DNA of 52,123 nucleotides from Priapulus caudatus (lineage: Eukaryota): assembly GCF_000485595.1 (NCBI RefSeq), contig NW_014577089.1, positions 801,283 through 853,405 on the forward strand, read 5' to 3'. Below are positions 24,931-38,000 of this stretch, in pieces; positions within the stretch are counted from its first letter, which is position 1, and each line of letters begins with the position of its first letter. The translations under genes were made by a program, and so were the position numbers. The notes beneath the pieces were generated by a model. It had not been told where the DNA came from, made no database searches, and was given only the letters and a program-made list of their open reading frames with translations.

Positions 24931-27020
24931 TAAATACATAAATAAGAGTAATGCATTAATCGTTTATTTCGTTGTCCTGCTTTTTTATACGAGCTGATTA
25001 CATTTTAGCGAGAACAGAGAATACACAAACAACACTTGTCAACAAAAGGCGATGGAACCAAAAATTGGCCAGGTGTTAAACCACTACCGGTCGAATGTTT
25101 CTCGCCATCTGGGATGAGTTTCTTTAACAATAACAAACTGGTAAGAGATGCTCTGTTCAGTAAATCGGTTTATGAAGAAGCTGAAATTGTCGTAACAATT
25201 AAATTAAATATTTCATCAGCTATTTGACCGTAGTATTGACGGTGCTAAGTGAGCACAGACCCTGGCGAATGTATACTAAGACACTGAAATCAGTAAATGA
25301 AGACGATGAACTCGAATAAATGCAGAACAGACTAACATAGTCGAAGACAATCGTCTAAAAATAACAACAAATATTCCTATATACTTTTTCGATTGCTTTT
25401 AGAGGAAGTCAGCGTCGACATATGACCGCATGTTTCATGTTCAGCAAGATTATAACAGTAAACTTCACAGAGACGACCGACAGCATACTGTGGGGCTTAA
25501 CGTACATGCCGAGGTAGGTGCTAAAAGTACACGTTGACACACCTAATTATAAGCCACACCTAAGCTATCGCCTTGCAGAGTTATTTATGCATCAACGATA
25601 TAGCTAATTAGATATTAACAAGAGCTATTAATACCGTATTATGTATTATTAGCTCGTGATATTAATAAAAACGATACGTTCATAATGTCTGGTAACATCA
25701 CCGACAAAAATCGATTATATTTTAACCTGACAATAACCTAACTACACGTATATAATTCTATAACGCACCATACTTAACGTTACCGATTTTCCATAATCTC
25801 TTCTCGAAAAGCCAGAAAAGAATGTCAGTAAGCATGAAGATGTCGTGTAGGTAGGACCGACCCAATACAGAGGGCGCACAACGGGCCATTCTGCACTTAT
25901 TTGCGTACAAGCGTGAAGGACATTCCTAGTTGTCACGACTGCATAACGAGATCATTATACAGATGAATGCTTCCGCGCTGTTTCGTCGAGGCGAGGCTGT
26001 ACGAGAGGAAAACGAGGTGCTAGGTTTAACAATAGAATTGGCACAGAAAACCGACCCGTCCGGCGTAAACCACTTCAATTTCGCGCCAAAATACAAGCTT
26101 TTACATACCCGAAGTGACCCCGCTTCCGAAAGGCCACTCCAAGAAAGGCGTCAAATGTTTTCAAGGGGGCAGCTTTTGCCAAATATAGAGTAGTCGTGAA
26201 AGGGATCTAGGTTAGTCAGGGGGGGTCAGAGGCCTGAATGTATGATCGCTGCATTACTACCCGCAAGTGGGCTCGTAAGCATGAGACGCGTAAGTTGCGG
26301 TTGAGACGCATAACGGGTCAGTCAGCCGGGGGCGTGAGGATCGCGTCTGTATCGACACTTATTAATCTTATTAAAGTAATCTCATAAATCATGCTCTAGT
26401 TTTGGGCGCGCGAGATTACAATTTTTATTAAATGACGGACGCGCGAACGGCGTCGCACCGTAAGCTAGAATGAGAGATTACGAATGCACGTACGTGCTCA
26501 ACATAATGTGGATGAAATATTCGTCGGAATTCAATTGGAAATTTCAGTTTCGTAGGAACTGCGTTAACCCGTTAAATACACACGTAAAGACGACGTGCTC
26601 TTCACGCGACACAATACCTCGTATTATATTATCGGATTTTTCAGGAATACATGCGACAGTGTTTGTACGCGACTTCGATGCGGAATTGGGTTAGTCTGCT
26701 AACATCATCGCAATACGACAGCTGAGATTTAATGAGCTTTCTCTCCCGAATTATCTTACACGCTGGGTTAGCCCGCGGGGTATAAAGAAAGACAAGTAAA
26801 TATGGCCGCTTGGGGCGTGCTGAATTCCACGGCAGATTGACCCCATAATCACAATAGGTGCCATTGAAGATGAGAGGGCAAATAACCGCGAGGGAAATCT
26901 TTTTGAGATCTGATTAAAGAAATGTCGTTTGTAGCCTATACGTGGTTCAAAACGCAGCAGTCGTGTAGACGAGAGGTAATAACCGTAACCATGGCAAAAT
27001 ATAAACCATTACATGCGCGC

Positions 27021-27047
27021 GAGTGTGTGTGTATGTGTGTGTGTGTA

Positions 27048-27103
<56 letters not shown>

Positions 27104-27485
27104 NNNNNNNNNNNNNNNNNNNNNNNNNNNNNNNNNNNNNNNNNNNNNNNNNNNNNNNNNNNNNNNNNNNNNNNNNNNNNNNNNNNNNNNNNNNNNNNNN
27201 NNNNNNNNNNNNNNNNNNNNNNNNNNNNNNNNNNNNNNNNNNNNNNNNNNNNNNNNNNNNNNNNNNNNNNNNNNNNNNNNNNNNNNNNNNNNNNNNNNNN
27301 NNNNNNNNNNNNNNNNNNNNNNNNNNNNNNNNNNNNNNNNNNNNNNNNNNNNNNNNNNNNNNNNNNNNNNNNNNNNNNNNNNNNNNNNNNNNNNNNNNNN
27401 NNNNNNNNNNNNNNNNNNNNNNNNNNNNNNNNNNNNNNNNNNNNNNNNNNNNNNNNNNNNNNNNNNNNNNNNNNNNNNNNNNNNN

Positions 27486-27534
<49 letters not shown>

Positions 27535-27566
27535 TATATATGTATGTGTGTGCGTGTGTGAGCATG

Positions 27567-27643
<77 letters not shown>
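27021..27643. repeat. (GT)n microsatellite spanning assembly gap (27104-27485)
   Basis: Direct. Confidence 0.95.
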
Positions 27644-27645
<2 letters not shown>

Positions 27646-28482
27646 TCTTGCTTGCATGCGTGTGTGCCTGGTCGTGTGCGTACGTGCCAACGTTTAGTGC
27701 GCTCACTCCGATACTATAGTACGTTTCCCCTGTCTTCTGCTGATCATAATCTTACGCACAATCACCGACGACTAACTAACGCGACAATGGAAGTTCTACT
27801 TCGTGCAATAACATACCTTTCAAAGCTATGTTTGTAGGCTGCGCATTGAACAGCGACATGTCATTCACACACTTAACATGTACCGGCGCACGAGAGAGAT
27901 AATTATTTTGACCCGCTTGATATTGTAGTAAACCGGAATTCGATGACAGCGATGTCAACGATGACATAAAGCTAGATGCTTCGCTGGTAACGCAGTCGCC
28001 GTATATTGCAGGAGACGGTGAAGGCTGTCCCTGTGCTCAGCTCGTCTGCTTATGGGCACAGACACGATCGTCATCTGGAGATGCCAGGCAGGCAACACGT
28101 TCGCATTGAGAGGGTACTCAAAGGGTTCTATCGCACACGAGGCAACGACCTACTTGAGCATGCCGGCGATAAACTCTAAGACGGTCCGTTGTTCTTCAGT
28201 GAGCTCGGGCGAACGCCCTCTCTATTGTATTAGTGATGTAGTGTATGGTCTTACACGCAGCGTGATCCGGCGTGCTGTATGTTTGCTTGTGGATTCGTGT
28301 AATATCCATTCTCTGTAACGTCTTGAAATGTTAGAGAGATTTAACTTCTAGAGATATTAGAGATATTTCATGCGCATATGTTTGGTTGTGACTTTCTTGA
28401 GCCTTTCGTTTATGCTATAAAATATTTGATGGTATCCAGTGAAAACATCACAGCATTATTATTATTATATATATATAGATAG

Positions 28483-28488
28483 TTTATT
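28483..28488 (-). terminator. Candidate poly(A) signal of the CDA-like gene
   Basis: AATAAA on the minus strand about 460 nt after the stop. Confidence 0.4.
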
Positions 28489-28948
28489 ATAGTTCAAACA
28501 TCGTCATGGCATTCTAGTTGACTCGATATTATGAAAAATAATATTTTAAATTAACAAACAGTATGCGACCAAATTATTTTACATGACAAACCCAATACTC
28601 CCCCAAATTGAGATACTCTACAAGTACAGCTAGATATAGCCACGCCAGTTCTACAACCACGACTTTAACGAGTTGTCATACAACTCGTAATTTAACGAAG
28701 GGAAACATAATAATAGACGTCACCGTGCATCAAGCTTTAAATTAAGGACAGACACTGACAGGAACGGACACGGAGACTCAGACTGACAGCATGCGTTGCA
28801 AACTATTTACAAGCTCTTCATGTTGTAGCTTTACTTCCGTTACAATCATCGAAACAAAACACCTTATAGGTAAGATCGACAGTCCGGTGAGAATTCCCCT
28901 ACTGGGACGAGTTCACCTAACTGGTCGGTTTTATCGGGCGAGCGCGGC

Positions 28949-29762
28949 CTACAGCCTTCCCTCAGGGTTGGCCACCCATGGGTAGCGCTGTGGGCAGGTG
29001 TTGGCGCACGTCTCGATGTAGCGGTCACCCTGGTGATCGATGCTGTTCGGTGCGTAGGTAATGTTGTAGTAAGAGCAGGTGATCGGCTGCGCGCACAGGG
29101 GCTCGCGGTTTGAGTTGTCGCACGAGAACTGGTTCGACCGAGTGATGTCGTTGAGGCGAGTCGGGTTCATGATCCACTGCAGGGCCTTGTCGATGGAGAC
29201 GATGTAGACGTCGTTCATGCTGAGAAGTTCGTCAAGGAACTCCTCCATGGCCTCAATGTTGTAGTGAGCCTCGTAGAACCAGCGCGCGCGCAGGTGCAGA
29301 GGGAATGGAGCGCGGTTACCGTTGTAATGCCTGGCGAAGTTGCTTCTGAGCAGAGTGAGAGACTCCGCCTTGGACAGAGGGAAAAAGCAGTTGTCGACCT
29401 CGGCGCACAGCGTGTCGTTGGTGTCAAGCCAGTCGACCAAGGGGACCTCCCACAGGCCTGGGTAGGAAGCGGTTGGGCAGGGAAGAATCACGCACTCCTG
29501 GGTCGACCTGTAGTCGAGGGTGTATGGCCAGAGCGGGGGGTCCATCTGGGGTGTTGGCATGGAGTTGTCGTACAGGAAACCGTTGCTCTGCAACATGTCG
29601 AACTGGCGGTTGCCACCGCCCTGCAGGTAGGGGGCGCGCATGCCGACGAAGTCCTCGTTCCTGACTTTGCCGAGGAAGTTTGTGATAATGCGTTGGTCAG
29701 CGATCTCACGCGCCCACAGTTCCGTGCTGGCCTCCTTCCAATAATCGCTCGTTAGCGATTTG
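28949..29762 (-). CDS. CDA-like exon 7 (CE4 domain body and Cys-rich C-terminus, CPQRYPWV)
   Basis: Within ORF 28949-29869; ttgcag acceptor; TAG stop. Confidence 0.95.
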
Positions 29763-32102
29763 CTGCAACACGACAGACGATCGTTATGCTGTTGTCGTGA
29801 CAAATTACAAAGATGCGCCGAGACGTGAAAGTGTTGCTGGAGGCTATTTGTAAAGTTGATTGCATACACGAACTAATAGACGAGAGCTTTCTTCGCGCAA
29901 ACGACGCATTGCAGGACCACTTTGGTCTTCATAACGTGATCGTAGCGATTGAGTTACCTGATAGACAGCGCGGCGATCTCGTTTCCGCCGAAGTACAGAT
30001 CCTGGACGGCTGCATAATCAGTGAACTGATGCTCAATGAAGAAGGTGGCTGTAATTGGGCATCCGTTGGGGTTTGTCCTGGCCTCTCTCCTCCTGTTCGG
30101 TCCGATACGCTTCAGGATCTGCGTCGAAACCATTTTAATAGTTAGAAACGCGGCGAAACGAAACACGTCGACGTGGTCGACGATGAATTCACTCCAGATA
30201 AGAGCCCTTCGCAAGCGCCCTGTTCGCCGTTCGCATTCAAAGGGATTCAAGCTACGCTGTGAATGAGCGTTTCTCATGAACCAAACTAGCCTAGGAAGTG
30301 CACGCTATGCATGCACTCGCTACTTTACCTGCTGCAGGAGATGGTTGTAGTCCTCCAGACGGACGGCTGACTCCCACGTAAGGGTGACAATTTGTGGGAT
30401 TTCATTGGCCAACAGATCGCCGGGGATATCGGTACCTGTTGCGTATGACAAAAATATCAATAATGTGTATTTGAAATGGGTTTCGGGTCTCAACATCACT
30501 CTGTAATTCAATAGGACCTCCGCTGCCGTTTCAGCAATAAACACCACTAATCGACCCCATACGCTTTTTCTCCTGCATAATAATTACGACAACCAAGACA
30601 GCAACCATGTACAAAAAGACGGGTGAACGGACAAACGGTGAAGTGCTGGCTACTCGTACGACTCGGTAGTGCTATGCAGTCAATAGAGGCAGTTTCCTAC
30701 CAGAGCATCGGCAGTTGGGAAGTCTGCAGGTAGATGGGTTGCACGGACCAGCACAGTTAACCTCATCTGAGCCGTCGCTGCAATGGGTGACACCGTCGCA
30801 CTTGGCCACCGCGGAAATGCACTCGGGCGCGTTGAGACACTACATAGCCAGTGGTGAAAGATTACAATATTTAGTACCGAGCCTGCGAGCATGTGAGTCG
30901 CTCCTATCCGCAACCTAAAACCGCCACACCGTGTCTGCACGTATCTAGCCTACAGTACGTCTGTTATTCACAAACGAAAAATCTACAAACGAAGAATTTT
31001 CCTTAAAGAATTTTACGTCGAGTGGCGCGATCGTCGCGATTTCGAACGAAGTAGAATCGAGGGTGATAACTGAACTGCAACGTTTCTTACCTGGAACTGA
31101 CAGCGGCTGTAGGCAGGATCAAAGGTGCCGGCGAGAGAGTCGATCACCTCCGGAGGAGGACGAATGTGTCCACACACGTCGTTGATAGCATCACCAGCAT
31201 CCTCGCACTGGCCCTCGTGCTTATTCACCTGCGACCACACGGTGTTGCCCGGGCAGAACTGGGGAAGGAGAGAGAGAGAGCGAGAGATTAATTTTACACA
31301 CTGCACAGATCAAGCATACATTGAGCATCGAGCATTTTGCAAGTATATATTTGTTTTAAACATTACTGCGCAGTCCGTAGCGTTCGCGAGGGGAACCTGT
31401 TTTCATGTTATTACTCGGCGGGAAATTCTCGCGACAGAGCGGTTTATAAACGATGATGACTCGTGGTGACGTCACGAGTTGAGGGACACGACACAAAACT
31501 TGTTGCGCTCGATTTACGAAGAAACCATAATGACGCCGAACACGAATGTACTATTAGTTCGACGACCCATTAATGCAATATGAGAAAAACATACGGTAAT
31601 CTTCGGCCATCCGTGATCACAAATGTAGAAGACTTGGCAGTTGCCAGCATCAGCAACGTAGGTGGCGTTTCCAATAGCTGGGTTGCATCCATCCTCAGCT
31701 TCCAACGGAACTCCCAGCCTCTTCTCCACCGGGCCGGCAACGGCTACAATGCAGTCACGCGTTGTTATCATTACACCGTGATGCGAATGTATATAAACAA
31801 AAATAGATCACGCCAGATTACCCATACACGTTTCCGATGTAAACGATAGACTCACAAGTATAACCAGTTACTATTTTTGTGAATGAATCAAGTCGAGATA
31901 ATGATCTGCATACTAAGACTCGATACCTTAAACCAACAAGCCTCACATCCTCTATCAATGAATGCGTGGTAAAATACGGAGACATCTCTAGATCGCGAAA
32001 GTCTTGCGCTACTTTAGCGCGCATTTTCGCAATCCAAGTGAAAATGTATCAATGGTGATACTTACCCAAGCCAACCAGAGCTAGTACTGCTAAAATCCTC
32101 AT
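28949..32102 (-). CDS. Secreted chitin deacetylase-like protein (signal peptide + CBM14 + LDLa + CE4/NodB domain), 524 aa, probably catalytically inactive; complement join(32102-32066,31743-31595,31258-31091,30839-30701,30435-30329,30118-29958,29762-28949)
   Basis: Seven exons join in frame (1575 nt) with GT..AG. Motifs: MRILAVLALVGLAVAG signal; six-Cys peritrophin-A domain; CISAVAKCDGVTHCSDGSDEVNC (LDLa); CNPSTCRLPNCRCSG; PQIVTLT; NPNGCPITATFF; GMRAPYL; PPLWPYTLDY; PGLWEVP; NFARHYNGNRAPF; DVYIVS. Confidence 0.93.
29958..30118 (-). CDS. CDA-like exon 6 (NPNGCPITATFF...GNEIAALSI)
   Basis: Within ORF 29954-30277; cgcag acceptor, GTAACT donor. Confidence 0.92.
30329..30435 (-). CDS. CDA-like exon 5 (IPGDL..PQIVTLTWESAV)
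   Basis: Within ORF 30320-30547; aacag acceptor, GTAAAG donor. Confidence 0.9.
30701..30839 (-). CDS. CDA-like exon 4 (LDLa + CNPSTCRLPNCRCS)
   Basis: Translated by hand; DGSDE LDLa motif; tgtag acceptor, GTAGGA donor. Confidence 0.9.
31091..31258 (-). CDS. CDA-like exon 3 (CBM14 end, FCPGNTVWSQ...RCQFQ)
   Basis: Within ORF 31013-31306; pyrimidine-rich acceptor, GTAAGA donor. Confidence 0.9.
31595..31743 (-). CDS. CDA-like exon 2 (VAGPVEKR...CBM14 start)
   Basis: Within ORF 31514-31771; tgtag acceptor, GTATGT donor. Confidence 0.88.
32066..32102 (-). CDS. CDA-like exon 1, signal peptide MRILAVLALVGL
   Basis: aacATG start, hydrophobic stretch, GTAAGT donor, phase matches exon 2. Confidence 0.85.
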
Positions 32103-32130
32103 GTTGTCTGTCTGTGAACACCAAGTTGCG

Positions 32131-32168
32131 AATGATGCTGGATTCGTCGCGACACATGCTTTTATATG
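32131..32168 (-). promoter_or_regulatory. TATA box + Inr core promoter of the CDA-like gene
   Basis: TATAAAA at 32166-32160 and CATCATT (Inr-like) about 30-33 nt downstream, about 30 nt before the ATG. Confidence 0.65.
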
Positions 32169-35146
32169 CAGTGCATGACCCACTGAGACAGTTATCGTTT
32201 TCAATACGCTCCGGGGCATATGCCGCCAAATTGAATGGAAGGGGTCTACTATGTGGACGGTGTGTAGCGTGTGTACACACTATTACCCTAGGTACTTCGC
32301 GAGACCGTACCTGATCGCCAGGGTATTAAAGACGCGCTAAGCCTCGCTGTCTCTGACACGGCTATAGAACTGTGACCACTTCGTTGTCCGCGTTTCCTGC
32401 GGGTTGCCAGTAGTGTAACACTGCGTTGTTCTCTGCGTGAATTTGTTTGCAAAAACGCACTTTAGTTCATAAAGGGCCATTATGGTGCTGTCAAAACAAA
32501 TCAAGACACCGACGTTCTGCAACAAACAATACTGACAAGCAATTAGTTTAGAACATAAGGAAAAATTCGCTGAAAATAAAATGGTTAAAATGTGCTATAT
32601 TTCATTAAAATGTTCCTTTACATTCAGCGAAAAATGCGAGGGGTGGTTAGAGGTAAAAAATGCAAATAAAACAAACGATGCATTTTGATCTGTTTTGGAG
32701 ACGATTGTATAGACTGTAAATTACAAGGCTCCAATATATATTTTAACGCGATTTTAATTATGACTGACATTCGAATTCCGGTGGTGTTTTCTCAATTTGG
32801 AAATGCTGAAGTTTAGCATGCAACGTATATTTAATGGGGTACCCGGAGCGTAATTTTACCTCATATTGCCCCTACGGGTTGTCGGCGCCTGCTCGGATTC
32901 GCAGACAATGTACGCGCAAGCTGATGTGATAAGGTACATATAATTCCCTTTTGTAAGGGAGTTTCTTCCGTTTGTGCTATTCCAAGTAGGCATACAACTT
33001 ACTCGTACAATAATGTTAACGATACAAGCATGCGAGAAATCTCATAGCGCTTGTCACGTAATATATACGTGTTGGGCTAACGTAACATATATTCTGTGGG
33101 CTACGCGATTAATACATGTGGTCAGTTTTACGCACACAGCACCGGAATACATTCTTAGTTTTCCTTATTGTTGTTATATAGTGACAGCGTATTTTACTGT
33201 TATGCATTGTTCCTTGTTTGTCAGCAAACCTAGTTGTGTTAGGCTGAACTGGAGAATGGAGGGGGTGGGGGCGTGAACGGGGGTTGCGGATACGGGACGA
33301 CGGTTTACTATATACCAGCTGTTGGTTTTAGTGTGTTAAACTGATGGTGTTCATAAATCTCTCGTGATGTTTATTTGCTTCAGAACAATACTATATGATA
33401 GAAAGGTATCGTAGCGTGCACGTTTACGGTTTGCCAAACACTGGGAATAGCACCATTGATAAAACTAGCTAAAATATCATAATAATTAATCGCAATACAT
33501 GATAACTGTGTCACGTACTATGATGACGGCTACATGTCAACAACTGTGCATCTTTTAATTATACGCTTATCTCGTCGTTGAAATACGCAATAAATAGTTT
33601 AATTGTTGCTAGTTATAATATGCAATAGCTGAAAATAGCGGATCTTCATTAGTATGTTAAACAGGTCACGATTTGTCATGGTGTTCAGCTGTATTGCTGT
33701 AACTTATCACGGTATCAGTAGAGGTATATGCGTTCCAAGTATAGTTTTACATTGGCATTCGACAATAGCGAATCTTAGTCGAGTTGGGTTAAAAAAAATC
33801 ATTGATAGGAGGGGGATTGCATACTTTTAGCGACCCGGTGCATTTTAGTGAGGACCTGTGGATGAAATTAAGAGTTATACTACAATTAGTGTCAAACTCT
33901 GATTCAATAGTGTGGTGCCCCGTCATCAGTGAAACGATTAAAAAAAATCTAACAAAAGCATAGGCATCACTTAAAAATCACGTCATCGATCAAAGATCAA
34001 ATGAGTAGAATTTTTGACATGACAAACAGATAAAGATTTTTTGTCAGGAGGCTGAAATTTGAGCCATTTGCAGTATGTTACTAGTCGCTCGTAGTCATTG
34101 ACCAGTGAGGTCGGTGTTACCGATATTTTGGCCAGGAGATCATTTCGTACGAGGTCACCAGACGATAATTCTGAAGGAGCTAACGCGGCACAATGTGTAT
34201 AATCCTTCAGCTCGTACGTAATAGAACGCACAAAACGTGTAGACGGATAAGATAATGAACGGAAAGTCAAAGTTTCACGAATTACCGTTCGCTAAGTGAA
34301 TTTGCACCAGCTTATGCTTAGCCTAGATTCGGGTATCATTTGCGTGCCGGTTATCAAGGCGACCGGTATATTTTTGAACGCGAAACGCGTGACTGCGTCT
34401 CCTCATAGAGTGGGTTCAATTTCGGCGGCTCTCCAGTAGAACTATCATCGTACACAATCGTGCCCACTGATTATGGCCTACGTGCGCCCGTTCCCCGAAG
34501 CAGACACGGCGTATATATGTTCACGGTTCGATCCATTTCATAGCAAGTCGTGCAGTAAATCGTTGCGCAGGAAAGCGTGATCATCCCAGGACGGGTGACG
34601 TCGCGCCTGTGCAACGACGACAATTTTCAGGTAATTTTCAGGAAGAGAAAATTTAAATTGAATTAAGGTCGCGCGTGCGTGCACGATACGCCTCCGCAGG
34701 TAAACGTAAAGCACGTGAAAGAACTACAGCGACTGAATTTCTAGTATATCAGAAAAAATAGAATTGATAGCTAGCGGCTCGATGTACCTGCTTGTTTGTT
34801 CGTCTTCTTAGCGTGAACTTCTATCATTTCTTAACAATACTGTGGTTTTTCGCAGCTGAGAAGTTTGCGTCAGGATGGACGCCGGTTACTTTATGAGACG
34901 GAAATTTCTAAGAAAACACTTCAAAAACAAGAACAGACGATTCATTGACAAAGTACCATGTGTAACCAATGATTTGGTTGTACATGTGTTTGCAAACATT
35001 TGGTAAAATTATTAGATTGATCACACGCAAAAATAATACAGCATCGGACGCCACGATGTAAAGCTCATTCGATGTCGATAAGAGAGAGCATTATTCGTTT
35101 GGAGATATCCCGACAAAAGCAAACGTCACCAAAATGATTACTAACT

Positions 35147-35415
35147 CTATATTATTATATTATATTATATTATATTATATTATATTATATTATATTATAT
35201 TATAGTATATTTCCCTTCTTTCCCCTTCTTNNNNNNNNNNNNNNNNNNTCTTCTTCTTCTTCTTCTTCTTCTTCTTCTTCTTCTTCTTCTTCTTCTTCTT
35301 CTTCTTCGTCTTCTTCTTCGTCTTCTTCTTCTTATTCTTCTTCTTTTTCTTCTTCTTCATCTTCTTCTTCTTCTTTTTCTTCTTCTTATTCTTTGTCTTC
35401 CTCTTCTTCTTCTTT
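35147..35415. repeat. (TATAT)n, short N gap and (TTC)n
   Basis: Direct. Confidence 0.95.
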
Positions 35416-36149
35416 ATATCTATCATTCTTTTCTTCTGTGCTCTCGCCCTCTCCCTCCGCATAATTTTATGCTTGCCGTTTCCTTCCATTTTCCTCTATT
35501 TTTCTTTATGGTTAATCCTTGTCATTTGCTTCTTCCTTTTCCTCTACACTGCCGCCACACTGAATAATAGCAGTTTCGCAAGAGGTACAAAGAAGTTCGC
35601 AGCAATGGGTTATTGTGGTGAGAAACCGAGATTCTGAGTTCATTGTATTCCTAATCCATTTCCACTACGGGACAATCATCAACTCAGTCATGCTGCGAAA
35701 AAAACGTTCATATTATCAATCATTTAGTTTCATTCCTGCGCAGCGACGTCATGCAAATCACGTTTACCGTGTTTTCTAACATACGTTAACGACTCATGGT
35801 ATTTCTATCATAAAGTATTTAGATAATATATAGGCGTAACACACAAGAAGTATGTGAGAGTAGCCTGACAATAGGCGAAAACGTCTGTACATGGATGTGA
35901 GTTGTCATAACAATTTTAATGTTTCCCCGTCTAGTCACAATTCTTCGCCAAGTGCGGTAGTTACAAAATCTATTTTTTTTGTACTACGGACCTCTATCGT
36001 GTATACATACATACACTCTGTATCCTGCAAACCAAACATCGAACACCGTAATAAGCATAGCAGTAGCATATAAATCAATGTAAAACCGTCGCATTTATTC
36101 GAATTAATTTATTAATATCTGCTGCTCAGAGGTGCAATACATCGCATAA

Positions 36150-36335
36150 ATAAAAAAAGGAGAAAAAGAGAGAGAGAGAGAGAGGCAGTGAAGAAAAGAG
36201 AGAGAGAAAGAGAGAGAGCGCAAGAGAGAGAAGGGGAAGCAGAGAAGAGAGAACGGAGAGAGCGAGAGGCGAGAGCTGGAGAGAGGGAGAAAGGACGAGA
36301 GGAAGTTGGGGGAGAAAAAGAAAAAAAACGGAGAA
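36150..36335. repeat. GA-rich low-complexity tract
   Basis: Direct. Confidence 0.85.
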
Positions 36336-37734
36336 ATAACTTTCCGTAATGAAATGTCATTTTCTATTGCTACTCGGTACACGACATTTTTTACTCAGGT
36401 GTCGTGGACACAGATGTGCTTCTATTACCTGAACAAAAAGTACCTGCCGTATTCGGCACAGTAGGCCTACAGCCGCTGAGTTAACAGAATGAAAGGTGAG
36501 AATAACTAGTTTGAAACCGTGTAGAACATTGATTCTACCATTGTTCACGTTCACTCAATATGCGCTAGACAGTGGGATTCTGTATACGGGCCTGCCAGTT
36601 AGGGCATCACGGATAACATCATTAGTCGTTGGGCATTTGTTCTTGTATTTTTGTTGGTCTTGTCCTTATTAATGTCCTTTGGCGAGTTTTCCTATTACAG
36701 AGGTGATTTGCAGGCACGGTATAATCGTAATCATCGCTGGCTGGCACCGGGCATTGTTACGCGGAGATGAGAATTTAATTGTCACTAGTACTGTTCTATC
36801 AATGCCTACGGTCGCATCGTGGGTTGGGCCAGCCAAAAGAAAGCGCGCGAAAGTTCAGAGGATAGCGCCCACCGGCTAATGCGTTTAGAATGATGCATTC
36901 ATACCTTTCAGCAACGTCATATGTGACAACGCGAAAACCGGCCTTAAAAGAACAAATAGTGTTCTATGCATAGTCCTCCGCGCTCGCCGATAGAAAGTAC
37001 CGTATGGACCTGCGGGTAGGTCATTAAAGATGAATTCGTGAAAGGTATTTGTTCTGCGTATTATGAGTTGGCCAACAAGAACTGGGCGAGTCTGATGCGC
37101 AACGTTCGAATTTGGAACGCCTAACTCGATGACACGTATAACGGCCGACAATGAAACAACAATCCGTGTTCACAAGGACCACGCCGCCAAAAGAAAGTGA
37201 AAAGTCAAAACACGGCAGATAGTCATTATGTCGCAATACTACGGAAGAAATATAGGACAAGACGAAAATCATTGCAAAATAACATTCGCTAACAGTATGG
37301 AGAAAGATAATGTACACTCCATAACTTCTACTTGTATCCGCCTTCGTATGCCCGCTACATGTATGCCTCCTTTATGGAATTGTAACTCCGTTGTTCATAA
37401 TCGCCCGTGGCTGACGTCTAAGCGAAAGATCACACGTATAGTGATCTATTTATGTAAGCTTTGTTAAAACGCCTGTGGAAAAACAAGCGACGCAAGTTCT
37501 AGGACACCTGTCACGTCTGTCAAATGCGCATATTTATGTAAGGTTTCGTAACAACTCAACATGACGTACGTTGGCACACAGGTGTGTCTAGGATGCATAA
37601 ATCACAGAGGGCATGAAAGCGAGATTAAGCATATCGAGAGTTATAATAATAAAACAACGAGAAAGGGGGCAAGAGAGGGAATGGAGGGAGTGGGGAACAG
37701 AAGAGCGGAAGAATTGAAAGACGGACGGGCGAAC

Positions 37735-37738
<4 letters not shown>

Positions 37739-37776
<38 letters not shown>

Positions 37777-37953
37777 TGAAGAGACGAGAGAGAGAGAGAG
37801 AGAGAAAGGAGAGAAGAGAGAGAGAGAGAGAGAGAGATGGAAAGAGGGAGGGGGAGGGAGAGGGGGAGAGAGATAGAGCGAGAAAGAGAAAGAAAGAGCG
37901 AGAGAGAGCGCGAGACAGAGAGAGAAAGAGAGAAAGAGAGAGAGAGAGAGAAG

Positions 37954-37984
<31 letters not shown>

Positions 37985-38000
37985 AGAAAAAAGAAAGAAG
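37739..38000. repeat. (GA)n purine-rich tract
   Basis: Direct. Confidence 0.92.

Noticed and set aside
26075..26420. E2F-like TTTCGCGCCAAA and CGCGAGATTACA promoter motifs
   Set aside because: They lie between two convergent 3' ends with no associated exon; isolated motifs are insufficient.
29763..29869. N-terminal part of the 306-aa ORF as a protein start
   Set aside because: It is intron read-through; the real exon begins at acceptor 29762.
29264..30266. + strand ORFs of 163, 110 and 76 aa
   Set aside because: Antisense shadows of GC3-rich CDA-like exons.
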